Below are positions 19,224-27,096 of a stretch of DNA of 27,096 nt, piece by piece. The DNA lies in contig JAYPIC010000006.1 of the NCBI GenBank assembly GCA_038127595.1, positions 1-27,096 on the forward strand, in the 5' to 3' direction. This stretch comes from a bacterium. GTDB lineage: Bacteria > Fidelibacterota > Marinisomatia > Marinisomatales > UBA1611. How positions within the stretch are numbered: position 1 is the first letter of the stretch; the number at the start of each line of letters is the position of its first letter. The position numbers were made by a program, and so were the translations under genes. The notes below the pieces were generated by a model. That model saw only the letters and a list, made by a program, of their open reading frames with translations, was not told the DNA's origin and did no database searches.

Positions 19224-20452
19224 TGAAGCTAACTCCTCACGAAAAAAAGATTCTCGCACTAATTGAAAAGAACCCTGAAATAATAACCGACACAAAAAAA
19301 CGTTCAGTCATAGCAGAGGAAAATGGACTAACTGAAAAAACGCTAAGAAACAGAATTGGGGATCTTAAAAAATATGGTGTAATAAACCTCGAAAATAATT
19401 TTAAATCTAAAGTAGCACAAAATTCAACACCAGCTGATGTAATTAATGAAGAAAATATTTCCGATACTTTTTCAGTTTTAAAAAAGGAGCGAAGATTTAT
19501 ATTTAAAATTTCAAGTATAGCAGGTTTAATAGGATTAGTTTATGCTTTAATAGCTACTCCATTTTATCAATCTACTACAACGATGTATCCGGCTTTAGAA
19601 TCTGAAAGCTCTGGCGGAATACTTGGTAGTAGTATCAAAGGATTAGCAGAGTCTTACGGTTTGATGGGTTTGGGATCTGCACCAACTTATAATATTCCTG
19701 ATATCGTATTAAGTAGAAGAATAAAAAAGAATATCATTTTATCTAAATGGCAATCTAATGCTTTTCCTGATAGTTCAAATTTGATAAAGTTCTGGGAAAT
19801 AGATAAACCAAATAAGTTTTCACCTTTCATTATTCTTGACGTTTTTAAATCATTAATGCCCAGCGGGCAAGGTTTTTCAACGAGCGCAGATAAATTACAC
19901 TTGGAGAATGCGATCGAAAAGCTTCAAAGACTCATTTCTGTCAGTGAAGAGCAGTCTGGCTTGATTGTTGTATCTGTACTAATGGAAGATCCGAACCTAG
20001 CTGCTAGTATTACAAATTACATAGCAGATTATGTTAAAGAGTTCATTTCAATCGAACAGGAAAAAGAAGCAATAAAACAAAAGGAATTCATTTATGATCA
20101 AATGTTATCAGCAAAGAGTGATCTATCGGATTCTGAATTGAAGTTAACAAACTTTTTTAAAAAATACCCTCTAGCATTAGGTAACCCAGATTTGCAACTA
20201 CAGCAAGGTAGGCTTGCACGTGAAATTGAAGAAAATCAGGCTGTATATATTACACTGCGACAACAATATGAGATAGCTAAGATAGAAGCAGAAGAAGATA
20301 AGTTATTTATAAATATTTTAGATACTGGTGATGTTGCTGTAAGGAAGAGCAAACCCAAAAGATTATTAATATTATTATCCTCAATTATGTTTGGTATGAT
20401 GAGTTCGGTTCTAATAATTCTGAATAGAAATAAATTATTATTCAAACAATAA
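19223..20452 (+). CDS. Wzz/PCP-type polysaccharide co-polymerase with an N-terminal helix-turn-helix domain and no tyrosine-kinase domain
   Basis: aa 1-54 are HTH-like. aa ~75-123 are a Wzz N-terminus with TM1 and PFYQSTTTMYP. Periplasmic region has SGLIVVSV..EDPNLAA.I.N and a coiled coil. C-terminal ILD...A.RKSKPKRLLIL precedes TM2, and the protein ends ~10 aa later. Confidence 0.85.
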   Translation: MKLTPHEKKILALIEKNPEIITDTKKRSVIAEENGLTEKTLRNRIGDLKKYGVINLENNFKSKVAQNSTPADVINEENISDTFSVLKKERRFIFKISSIAGLIGLVYALIATPFYQSTTTMYPALESESSGGILGSSIKGLAESYGLMGLGSAPTYNIPDIVLSRRIKKNIILSKWQSNAFPDSSNLIKFWEIDKPNKFSPFIILDVFKSLMPSGQGFSTSADKLHLENAIEKLQRLISVSEEQSGLIVVSVLMEDPNLAASITNYIADYVKEFISIEQEKEAIKQKEFIYDQMLSAKSDLSDSELKLTNFFKKYPLALGNPDLQLQQGRLAREIEENQAVYITLRQQYEIAKIEAEEDKLFINILDTGDVAVRKSKPKRLLILLSSIMFGMMSSVLIILNRNKLLFKQ

Positions 20453-21625
20453 ATGTTAATAGACTACATTAATCATTTAGCTTTATTTCAATACATAGGC
20501 GGGTTATTAATTTGGTTTTTTTTATTATTTTTACTTGAACAATATTTAGCTTCATCTAAAAATCTAAGTTATTTTGAAAAAAAGTATTTTTTAGGATATT
20601 TTGTAATTCTATCACTATTTGCTATAGTACGTATCTATACCAACTACCTTCCTTATACTCTAGACACTAAAACATATCTATCCGTTGCTGAAAGTATATC
20701 TCAAAAAAATGAATTTTATTTTTTTGGTGCATTCCTTTATAGCAGTTTCATTTATATAATTCAGGCCATTACTTTTAATAATCACTATGCTATTTTATTT
20801 ATAAATAACTTCATATTTATCATAGCACTAATTGATCTTCTTGGCATGATTCCTAATAACCAAAAAAAATCATTATGGTTATGGTCCTTATTTTTATTTC
20901 TGTACCCATCGATATATTGGTTTATACCTAATGTTTTAAGGGAAGCTGTTTTCTTTTTATGTTTGGTTAGAGTACTTAAACATTCAATCTTAATTAAAAA
21001 TTCAAGGTTAATTAGTTATAACTCAATACTACTAGTAATTTTTTCAATTCTTTGTGTCGCGCTTCGACCTCAGGTGCTTCCAATGATTTACCTATGGGTA
21101 ACTTTCATGCTATTTAAAAAAAGCATTTTTAATTTGATTTTTGTATCATTATTTGGTGTCGTCCTTCTTTCGAATGACTTTATGACATCTGAATATTTAA
21201 ATAAAGTTTCTTTTGAATATCTAGAGGCAAAAAAAACAGAGGGTGCTACAAACGTACCTACAATTGCATTTCAAGAAAACATCATTCCTACCAGTTTTTC
21301 GGAATTAGTATCATTATCTCCATATCTAGTTTTTAGATTTTTATTTGCGCCATTTCCATGGGAATTATCTAACCTTAAGTATTTGTTTGCTTTTTTAGAT
21401 TCTACAATTATGCTTTTACTTTTTATTACGTTCGCTTGGATTGTTTTAAAGGGATATGTACATAGTTGGGATTTTATAATATTCCCCTTTATGTTTATTG
21501 TTGTACTGGGAATATTTGAAATCGCATTTACTGGTGCTGTTAGACATCGCATGCCGTATGTATTAATAATGTCTACGCTTTTACTAAATCTTCCAACCTC
21601 CTTTGTCCGCAAAGGTAACTATTAA
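20453..21625 (+). CDS. wzy: Wzy-like polysaccharide polymerase (multi-pass membrane protein)
   Basis: About 10 TM segments, LREA and LRPQ loop motifs, FLFAPFPW and G.VRHRMP near the C-terminus. Sits between the PCP and the flippase. Confidence 0.65.
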   Translation: MLIDYINHLALFQYIGGLLIWFFLLFLLEQYLASSKNLSYFEKKYFLGYFVILSLFAIVRIYTNYLPYTLDTKTYLSVAESISQKNEFYFFGAFLYSSFIYIIQAITFNNHYAILFINNFIFIIALIDLLGMIPNNQKKSLWLWSLFLFLYPSIYWFIPNVLREAVFFLCLVRVLKHSILIKNSRLISYNSILLVIFSILCVALRPQVLPMIYLWVTFMLFKKSIFNLIFVSLFGVVLLSNDFMTSEYLNKVSFEYLEAKKTEGATNVPTIAFQENIIPTSFSELVSLSPYLVFRFLFAPFPWELSNLKYLFAFLDSTIMLLLFITFAWIVLKGYVHSWDFIIFPFMFIVVLGIFEIAFTGAVRHRMPYVLIMSTLLLNLPTSFVRKGNY

Positions 21626-21660
21626 CAAATGGTTTAAATTTTATAATTTAAATTAAATAG

Positions 21661-23091
21661 ATGTCTAAAGGTCTCATTGGTAAAAGAAGTATAATATATA
21701 CTCTTTCAAAAATAATCTCAGCTATTTTAAGTTTATTAAGTATTAGTCTTTTTACAAGGATATTCGATGCTGATGCATATGGGCAGTATCTTCTTTTTGT
21801 TTCGTATGTTACTTTAATTTGCTCACTTTTTTTTTGGTGGCATAGATTATCTGTATATAGATATTATCATAAGTACAAAGATCAATATAGCTCTTTTTTG
21901 AAAACTAGTTATATTTCTTTCTTAATTATTGTTTTATTGCTTCTGTCAGCTTCATTAGCAATATATTTTTATCCATTTGAAAATCAAAAATTAATTCTTG
22001 GATTAATACCATTTTGCATTTTTGCTGCAATTTTTAAATCAAATTTTGATTTAAATCAGAGTTTATTCAATATTAGTCGAAGAGATAATTTATTTTGTTT
22101 TAATATAATTTTTAGACCTTTGCTATTTGTTTCACTTAGTTTGATTTCCCATCAATATTTAAAAGTATATGATCATGCTTTAATGTATGCTTTTATTATA
22201 TCATTTTTTTTAGTAGCAATTATTTCAGATTTTTTAATTTTTAAAAATACTTCAGTTGGCGGTTTTGAAAAAAAAATAATAACAAAGTTCTACTCATATG
22301 GTTTTCCCCTGACGGGATTGTTTATTTTTGATTATATATTGACCTTTTCAGATAGATTATTAATTGGCCATTATTTAGGTTCCGAAATGGTAGGAATGTA
22401 TGGAGCTAATTATGATTTAATAAAGATGATGGTTCTTTTCGGTATGGTAATCCAAGGTTATATCATTTATCCAGAATTAAATAAAACATTTGAAAAAAAT
22501 AATATAATTGAGGTCAAAAAATTAATGACCTTTAACCTTAATATTTTCGTAACTGTTTTTTTACCTTTGTGCATTTTTATTATTTATTTTAACGATTCAA
22601 TTAGTTCACTTTTCATTGGGAACCAGTTTACTAGACAATCATCAGAATTGATTCCTATTTTTTCAATTATTTTTCTTATATGGGGATTGAAGATCCATCA
22701 TATTGATTATATTTTTCAATTAAAGGAAAAAACTTCTGTTTCCATGTACATTTTATTTTTTGGTAGTTTAATTAATTTAATTCTTAATTTCATATTAATA
22801 CCAAGAATAGAACTAATTGCTGCAAGTTACGCTACGCTTTCATCCTATTTCATAATATTATTAGTAAGTTTTTTTATTAGTAGAAATTATTTAAAAGTAA
22901 AAATTGACATACTTATTATAGCAAAAACCATAATGTTTTTAGGATCTGGTTTAATATTCTCAATTATTTTAGGTAGGTATTTTCAAAATGAGGTATTAAG
23001 TATGGTTGCATTTTTAATCATTTATATTACTTTAGCTTTTAAATTTAATTATCACTCTCTAAAACCTTTTTTATCTAAATTATATTTTTAA
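21661..23091 (+). CDS. wzx: Wzx oligosaccharide flippase
   Basis: 12-14 TM segments; SIIY..SKII, FTRIF..DAYG.Y, YGFPL, SDRLLIG.YLG...VG.Y, N..LNFILIP. Confidence 0.88.
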   Translation: MSKGLIGKRSIIYTLSKIISAILSLLSISLFTRIFDADAYGQYLLFVSYVTLICSLFFWWHRLSVYRYYHKYKDQYSSFLKTSYISFLIIVLLLLSASLAIYFYPFENQKLILGLIPFCIFAAIFKSNFDLNQSLFNISRRDNLFCFNIIFRPLLFVSLSLISHQYLKVYDHALMYAFIISFFLVAIISDFLIFKNTSVGGFEKKIITKFYSYGFPLTGLFIFDYILTFSDRLLIGHYLGSEMVGMYGANYDLIKMMVLFGMVIQGYIIYPELNKTFEKNNIIEVKKLMTFNLNIFVTVFLPLCIFIIYFNDSISSLFIGNQFTRQSSELIPIFSIIFLIWGLKIHHIDYIFQLKEKTSVSMYILFFGSLINLILNFILIPRIELIAASYATLSSYFIILLVSFFISRNYLKVKIDILIIAKTIMFLGSGLIFSIILGRYFQNEVLSMVAFLIIYITLAFKFNYHSLKPFLSKLYF

Positions 23092-23094
23092 AAT

Positions 23095-23901
23095 ATGTCA
23101 ACTCCTACACTTAGCATAGTTATTTCAACGATTGACAAAAATTTTGAAAAATTTGTTAAAAATTTCCAGTTTGGAAAATTACAAAACGCTGATGAGGTCA
23201 TTATCATAGTTCAAGGTAATGGAAAACTGGTGCATCATTCTGAATTAGCATCTTTCAATGTAATAGTTGAAAAGCGTTATGGCTTAAGCATAAGTAGAAA
23301 CATTGGCATTGAAAATTCAAGCTCTGATTTTATTTGGTTCTTGGATGATGATGTTTACTTATTTGATTATAGCATTGATAAAATAAAAGATCATCTAAAT
23401 AGAAATCCATCATTTGACTTACATACTATTAGAATGGAATGCCATGACGCTGCACCATATAAAAAATATTCAAATAAGACTAGATTTGGTCGATTTGATT
23501 CTCTTAAAATTTCTTCTGTAGAATTGATTGCTTCAAAAAAGTTTATCAAGGAGCACAATGTGAGGTTTAATGAAAATTTAGGTTTAGGTTCAAATTATCC
23601 TTCAACTGAGGAGAATATTTTTTATCTAGATCTATTTGATAAAGGCGGACTGGTATCTCACTATCCAGAATTTCTTATAAAGCACGAATATATAAATCGT
23701 AAAGTTATTCATTTTAAGGACGAATTCATCCTAAAAGCAAAAGGTGCATTTTGCAGAAGATATGGTGGCCTAGTAGGTTTTATGATTTTGGGATATTATT
23801 CATTAAAGTGTTTATTTATAAGTAAAAACTTTTTAATGATGCTAAATCTATTTTTTGGGTATGTAAATGCTCAAACAATTTTTGGGCTTTATGATGAGTG
23901 A
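23095..23901 (+). CDS. Glycosyltransferase family 2
   Basis: LSIVIST, GLSISRNIGI, WFLDDD (DxD), FNENLGLG...EE. Confidence 0.88.
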   Translation: MSTPTLSIVISTIDKNFEKFVKNFQFGKLQNADEVIIIVQGNGKLVHHSELASFNVIVEKRYGLSISRNIGIENSSSDFIWFLDDDVYLFDYSIDKIKDHLNRNPSFDLHTIRMECHDAAPYKKYSNKTRFGRFDSLKISSVELIASKKFIKEHNVRFNENLGLGSNYPSTEENIFYLDLFDKGGLVSHYPEFLIKHEYINRKVIHFKDEFILKAKGAFCRRYGGLVGFMILGYYSLKCLFISKNFLMMLNLFFGYVNAQTIFGLYDE

Positions 23902-24649
23902 TCTTGTTACAGTTATTACTCCGATGTATAACTCTGGTAAATATATAGAAGAAACTTTGAATTCCGTAATCAGTCAGACTTATGAAAATTGGGAGTTATT
24001 TATTATTGATGATGGGTCATCAGATAATTGTGTTGAATTAGTTAGTGATTTTAAAAAAAATGATGATAGGATAAAACTTATTATAAATGTAGAAAATCAA
24101 GGGGCTGCTATATCAAGAAACATTGGAATAAGAGAAGCAAATGGAAGGTACATTGCTTTCCTAGATAGTGATGATTTATGGGTCCCAACTAAGTTGGAAG
24201 AACAAATAAATTTCATGTCAAAGAATCAATTAGCTTTATCATATAGCTCCTACGAGAAAATTGACGAGTTCGGTAATCATATAAAAAATATAAATGTAGT
24301 TAATACTCAGACCACTTATCATAATTTATTAAAAAGCAATTATATTGGTTGTTTAACCGCGATGATAGATTTAAAAATGATGGAGCAAAAAAAAATATAT
24401 ATGCCCAATATTACAACTCGGCATGATCATGGACTTTGGTTAGCTATCGTAAGAAAAGGATTTAATGTGTCTGGCAATCCTAAGGTCTTAGCTAAATACC
24501 GTTACAGAAAAGGCTCAATTTCATTTAGCAAATTTAAAAGCGGGTATTATCAATGGAAACTTTATAGAGATGTTGAAAAAATAAATTTATTAAGTAGTAT
24601 TTATTACATGGTTTGCTGGGCTTGGTATGGATCTTTAAAGAGGATTTAA
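23891..24649 (+). CDS. Glycosyltransferase family 2 (TuaG-like)
   Basis: LVTVITPMYNS, QTYENWEL.IIDDGSSD, GAAISRN.GI, IAFLDSDDLW, IGCLTA. Start moved to ATG 23891 (or 23894). Confidence 0.92.
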   Translation: MMSDLVTVITPMYNSGKYIEETLNSVISQTYENWELFIIDDGSSDNCVELVSDFKKNDDRIKLIINVENQGAAISRNIGIREANGRYIAFLDSDDLWVPTKLEEQINFMSKNQLALSYSSYEKIDEFGNHIKNINVVNTQTTYHNLLKSNYIGCLTAMIDLKMMEQKKIYMPNITTRHDHGLWLAIVRKGFNVSGNPKVLAKYRYRKGSISFSKFKSGYYQWKLYRDVEKINLLSSIYYMVCWAWYGSLKRI

Positions 24650-24658
24650 AAACTTTGT

Positions 24659-26266
24659 TTACCAATTAATATCAATGCCCATGATGAATTCTTTATTTTT
24701 TTTATTCTGATTTTCAAATCCATACGAATGTGGATTGTCTATTTGGCTAGTTCTGTATGTACCAATTATTTTGATCATATTAGTTAGATACAAGTGTAAA
24801 TGAATTTCCATAATGTTTTTTGAATAGTTTTGATCTAGAAGAAAATCAGTATTAAAATCATTTTCCTTGTTGCGGCTATCATAATTATCTTGAATATTTG
24901 ATCCTAGTCCAATGCCTTTATGAATTTTTTCAAACGAAAATTGTACCATTACATTAGGATTTGGGGTGTAGAAAGATTCAGCTCGGAATGAAGCGCTGCT
25001 AGGTCCATTTATGGCGCCAATTGTAACATTTCTATTAGAAAAAGAAAAATCAGGGTGAGTAAATGTCCAAGGCCTTGTTGCCGTATATTCTAATCTCAAA
25101 TCAGGTAATTTCATATTTGATGAAGAAAGAAAAATGCCAAATTGATAAGAATACTTATTACCCCACCAATCGCTGAATAAATCTGACCAAGAAAGTTCAT
25201 CAATTACTAAAGTATTATAAACAATTGCACCTGGAAACAAAACATACCCAAAATCAAATGATAATAAGATATTATCTAAATCTCCTAGATTATGTTCTTG
25301 AGCCCAAAAGAACGAAATAGGATTTAAATAACCTAACTCAGGGGATCTATTACCATAAACCACGATTTCAGAAATAGAAAATTTAAATTTATCTGTCGGC
25401 TTGTATTGGATCCTATGACCTGCAATAAATTTTTCTAATTTTTTATTATCTTTATGTATTTCATCTATTGATTTATCAATCAAGGATCCATGAAAATATT
25501 CAAAATTAAATTTTTCAGATTTCTTTAGTAAACTAAAACGGTTGAAGGGAATTGCACTTGCAGATATTAAAGGTGAATTACCTGACGACCATCCCCAAGA
25601 AAAGGGTCTATTTGACATTTCAATATCAAACAATACACCCTTTAAATATAGAGAGGTATGATTTTTATACCAAAAAGTTGTATTGATTTCGTCAAAATAT
25701 TTTGTCCATTCACCCTGATAATCATTTGAAATCCAAATCTGCTTACCCGTGTGACGGAACATTGAAAATGTTGAGTTAAAGAACAGCTTTTGTCCAATAA
25801 TGCCGTTGATAGTAATTTTATCTGTAAAAAGATATTCATCTGAATTTTGGATTGGCTGATAGATAAATTTTTCATTAAAACTCATCCAAAGCAATGTGGA
25901 ATCTGAACTTACTTTTAATAAGTAGTCCTTTTTAATGTTTAAATTTTTGTTTTTCAGAAAATCAAAATGACTAATAAGTTGGTTCTTTTTTTTAGAAACT
26001 AATTCAGAGGTATCTTGGTTAGGAATGTTGATATCCCAAATACTTCGCATTATTAATGCTTCATTCTTATTCCCGAATAATTTATTTAAATCAACGGAGC
26101 TTATATGGTTTTGATCAAAATAATTTAGATTGACTTCTGCCCGAGCAGCTAATCTTTTTGCAATTATGTTAGAGAGATGATTTAATTCAGTGGGTATTTG
26201 ACTGTTTAAAATACTTTTATTTAAAAAAAATATAAAAAAAACTATTTTAGTCATTACTTTTTTCAT
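24659..26266 (-). CDS. Capsule assembly Wzi-family outer-membrane beta-barrel
   Basis: Signal-like N-terminus; FSWG..SGNSPLIS, FIAGHRIQY, SEIVVYG.R, YLNP, DNILLSFD, YQFG, LRLEYT.TRPWTFTH; C-terminal ...MGIDINW. Confidence 0.7.
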   Translation of the reverse strand: MKKVMTKIVFFIFFLNKSILNSQIPTELNHLSNIIAKRLAARAEVNLNYFDQNHISSVDLNKLFGNKNEALIMRSIWDINIPNQDTSELVSKKKNQLISHFDFLKNKNLNIKKDYLLKVSSDSTLLWMSFNEKFIYQPIQNSDEYLFTDKITINGIIGQKLFFNSTFSMFRHTGKQIWISNDYQGEWTKYFDEINTTFWYKNHTSLYLKGVLFDIEMSNRPFSWGWSSGNSPLISASAIPFNRFSLLKKSEKFNFEYFHGSLIDKSIDEIHKDNKKLEKFIAGHRIQYKPTDKFKFSISEIVVYGNRSPELGYLNPISFFWAQEHNLGDLDNILLSFDFGYVLFPGAIVYNTLVIDELSWSDLFSDWWGNKYSYQFGIFLSSSNMKLPDLRLEYTATRPWTFTHPDFSFSNRNVTIGAINGPSSASFRAESFYTPNPNVMVQFSFEKIHKGIGLGSNIQDNYDSRNKENDFNTDFLLDQNYSKNIMEIHLHLYLTNMIKIIGTYRTSQIDNPHSYGFENQNKKNKEFIMGIDINW

Positions 26267-26456
26267 TATCGTTGCATTTACTACACTTGAATGTTAATTT
26301 TAAATTCCAATTTAAGGAATCCTATCGAAAAAAAACGCTATCAGTTTGTCATTTAATAAATAGAAGTCATTACCCTTATCTGGCAAGCCTGGAGGCGTCA
26401 CTCCATAATTTTTAATTGACGTTAAATATCTAATATAGTTATTTGATTAATATTAT

Positions 26457-27096
26457 ATGGAAATAATAAATCAGTTATTAGTACGAATACCTAAGTGGAT
26501 TGTATCATGGATATTAGTCTTTTTGGATGCAACTGCTGGATATATCGTTTTAAAGAATATATTCATCCAATTTGAATTAGATTTTTCAGTTTCCTCTGTA
26601 TTTGTTGCTTTGCAAATTTTCTGGTGCTTTCTTTTTTGGATTACAAATTTATACAGTGGTGATGCACAAACATCAAGGTTCGTAGAAACTGAAAATCTAA
26701 TAAAATTAACATTTTTCATAATGGCTGCTGCAGTATTTTTGATTGGTATTGAAGTAGATCTTGGCCCTTTACGGTCCCAATATATAATTCGATACTGGAT
26801 ATTCTTCTCATCCTCTGTAATATTAATCAGATGGATAGTTAGAACAATTCAAAAACAATTGCTTAAAAAAGGTTTCGGTCGGCATAATGTTATTGTGGTG
26901 GGTACAGGTGAAAATTCAAAATATGTCACAGAAAAGTTATTAAACCATGGACAAAAATTATATAATGTCTTTGGCACCATTAAAGCAGATGGTGAAATAA
27001 ATGGGGATATAGAATCATTGGTGATAAATCTTGGCAATGAGGAAGATATAAAAGCTATAATTTCAAAAAACCCCGTTTCTGATATTGTTATAGCAT
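26457..27096 (+). CDS. Initiating polyprenyl-phosphate sugar phosphotransferase (WcaJ/WbaP-like), 5' part; runs off the window and is absent from the ORF track
   Basis: Own translation from ATG 26457: MEIINQLLVRIPKWIVSWILVFLDATAG...FWITNLYSG...SRFVETENLIK...IRWIVRTIQKQLLKKGFGRHNVIVVGTGENS...LGNEEDIKAIISKNPVSDIVIA. This is four TMs followed by the Rossmann-like domain, open to the window edge. Confidence 0.85.
   Translation, partial: MEIINQLLVRIPKWIVSWILVFLDATAGYIVLKNIFIQFELDFSVSSVFVALQIFWCFLFWITNLYSGDAQTSRFVETENLIKLTFFIMAAAVFLIGIEVDLGPLRSQYIIRYWIFFSSSVILIRWIVRTIQKQLLKKGFGRHNVIVVGTGENSKYVTEKLLNHGQKLYNVFGTIKADGEINGDIESLVINLGNEEDIKAIISKNPVSDIVIA

Noticed and set aside
13194..21612. Minus-strand ORFs at 13194, 13590, 14929, 18155, 18527, 20236 and 21271
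   Set aside because: All lie fully antisense to well-supported genes and show no protein-family features.
15891..24395. A9/T9 homopolymers in rmlC (15891-15899), wzx (21827-21835, 22268-22276) and GT2 (24387-24395) as phase-variation sites
   Set aside because: All frames are intact and such runs are expected in very AT-rich DNA. No long G/C tract or tandem microsatellite was seen.
25642..25875. 77-aa alternative-frame ORF inside the Wzi-like gene
   Set aside because: Out-of-frame nested ORF; the main frame is intact, so there is no frameshift evidence.
26416..26444. TTGACG as a -35 box for the sugar transferase
   Set aside because: The best -10-like hexamer (TATAGT, 26434-26439) is only 12 bp away, which is wrong spacing.
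26471..27037. Minus-strand ORFs 26471-26719 and 26849-27037
   Set aside because: Antisense to the real plus-strand sugar transferase that starts at 26457.

Overview
AT-rich, very compact bacterial chromosomal segment. Gene order and protein styles suggest the FCB group, most plausibly a streamlined marine Marinimicrobia/SAR406-like genome; this is an inference. Left end: a putative outer-membrane beta-barrel convergent with a BtuG/YncE-like beta-propeller lipoprotein that sits behind a clear cobalamin riboswitch (minus strand, not in the ORF track). Middle: a tightly coupled housekeeping run (NlpC/P60, HNH nuclease, trpS, scpA, scpB, rluB, cmk, rpsA, YbbR/CdaR-like, tsaD, vWA membrane protein). 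This runs directly into a Wzx/Wzy-type capsule/EPS locus: ugd, rmlC-rmlB-rmlA without rmlD, an OPX/SLBB exporter, a Wzz-like co-polymerase, wzy, wzx, two GT2 enzymes, an inverted Wzi-like barrel, and a partial initiating phosphoglycosyl transferase missed by the ORF track. The most unusual feature is the co-polymerase at 19223-20452. It has no Wzc kinase domain but carries an in-frame N-terminal helix-turn-helix on its predicted cytoplasmic side, making it a candidate membrane-anchored DNA-binding capsule regulator. No rRNA, tRNA, CRISPR array or mobile element was recognised.
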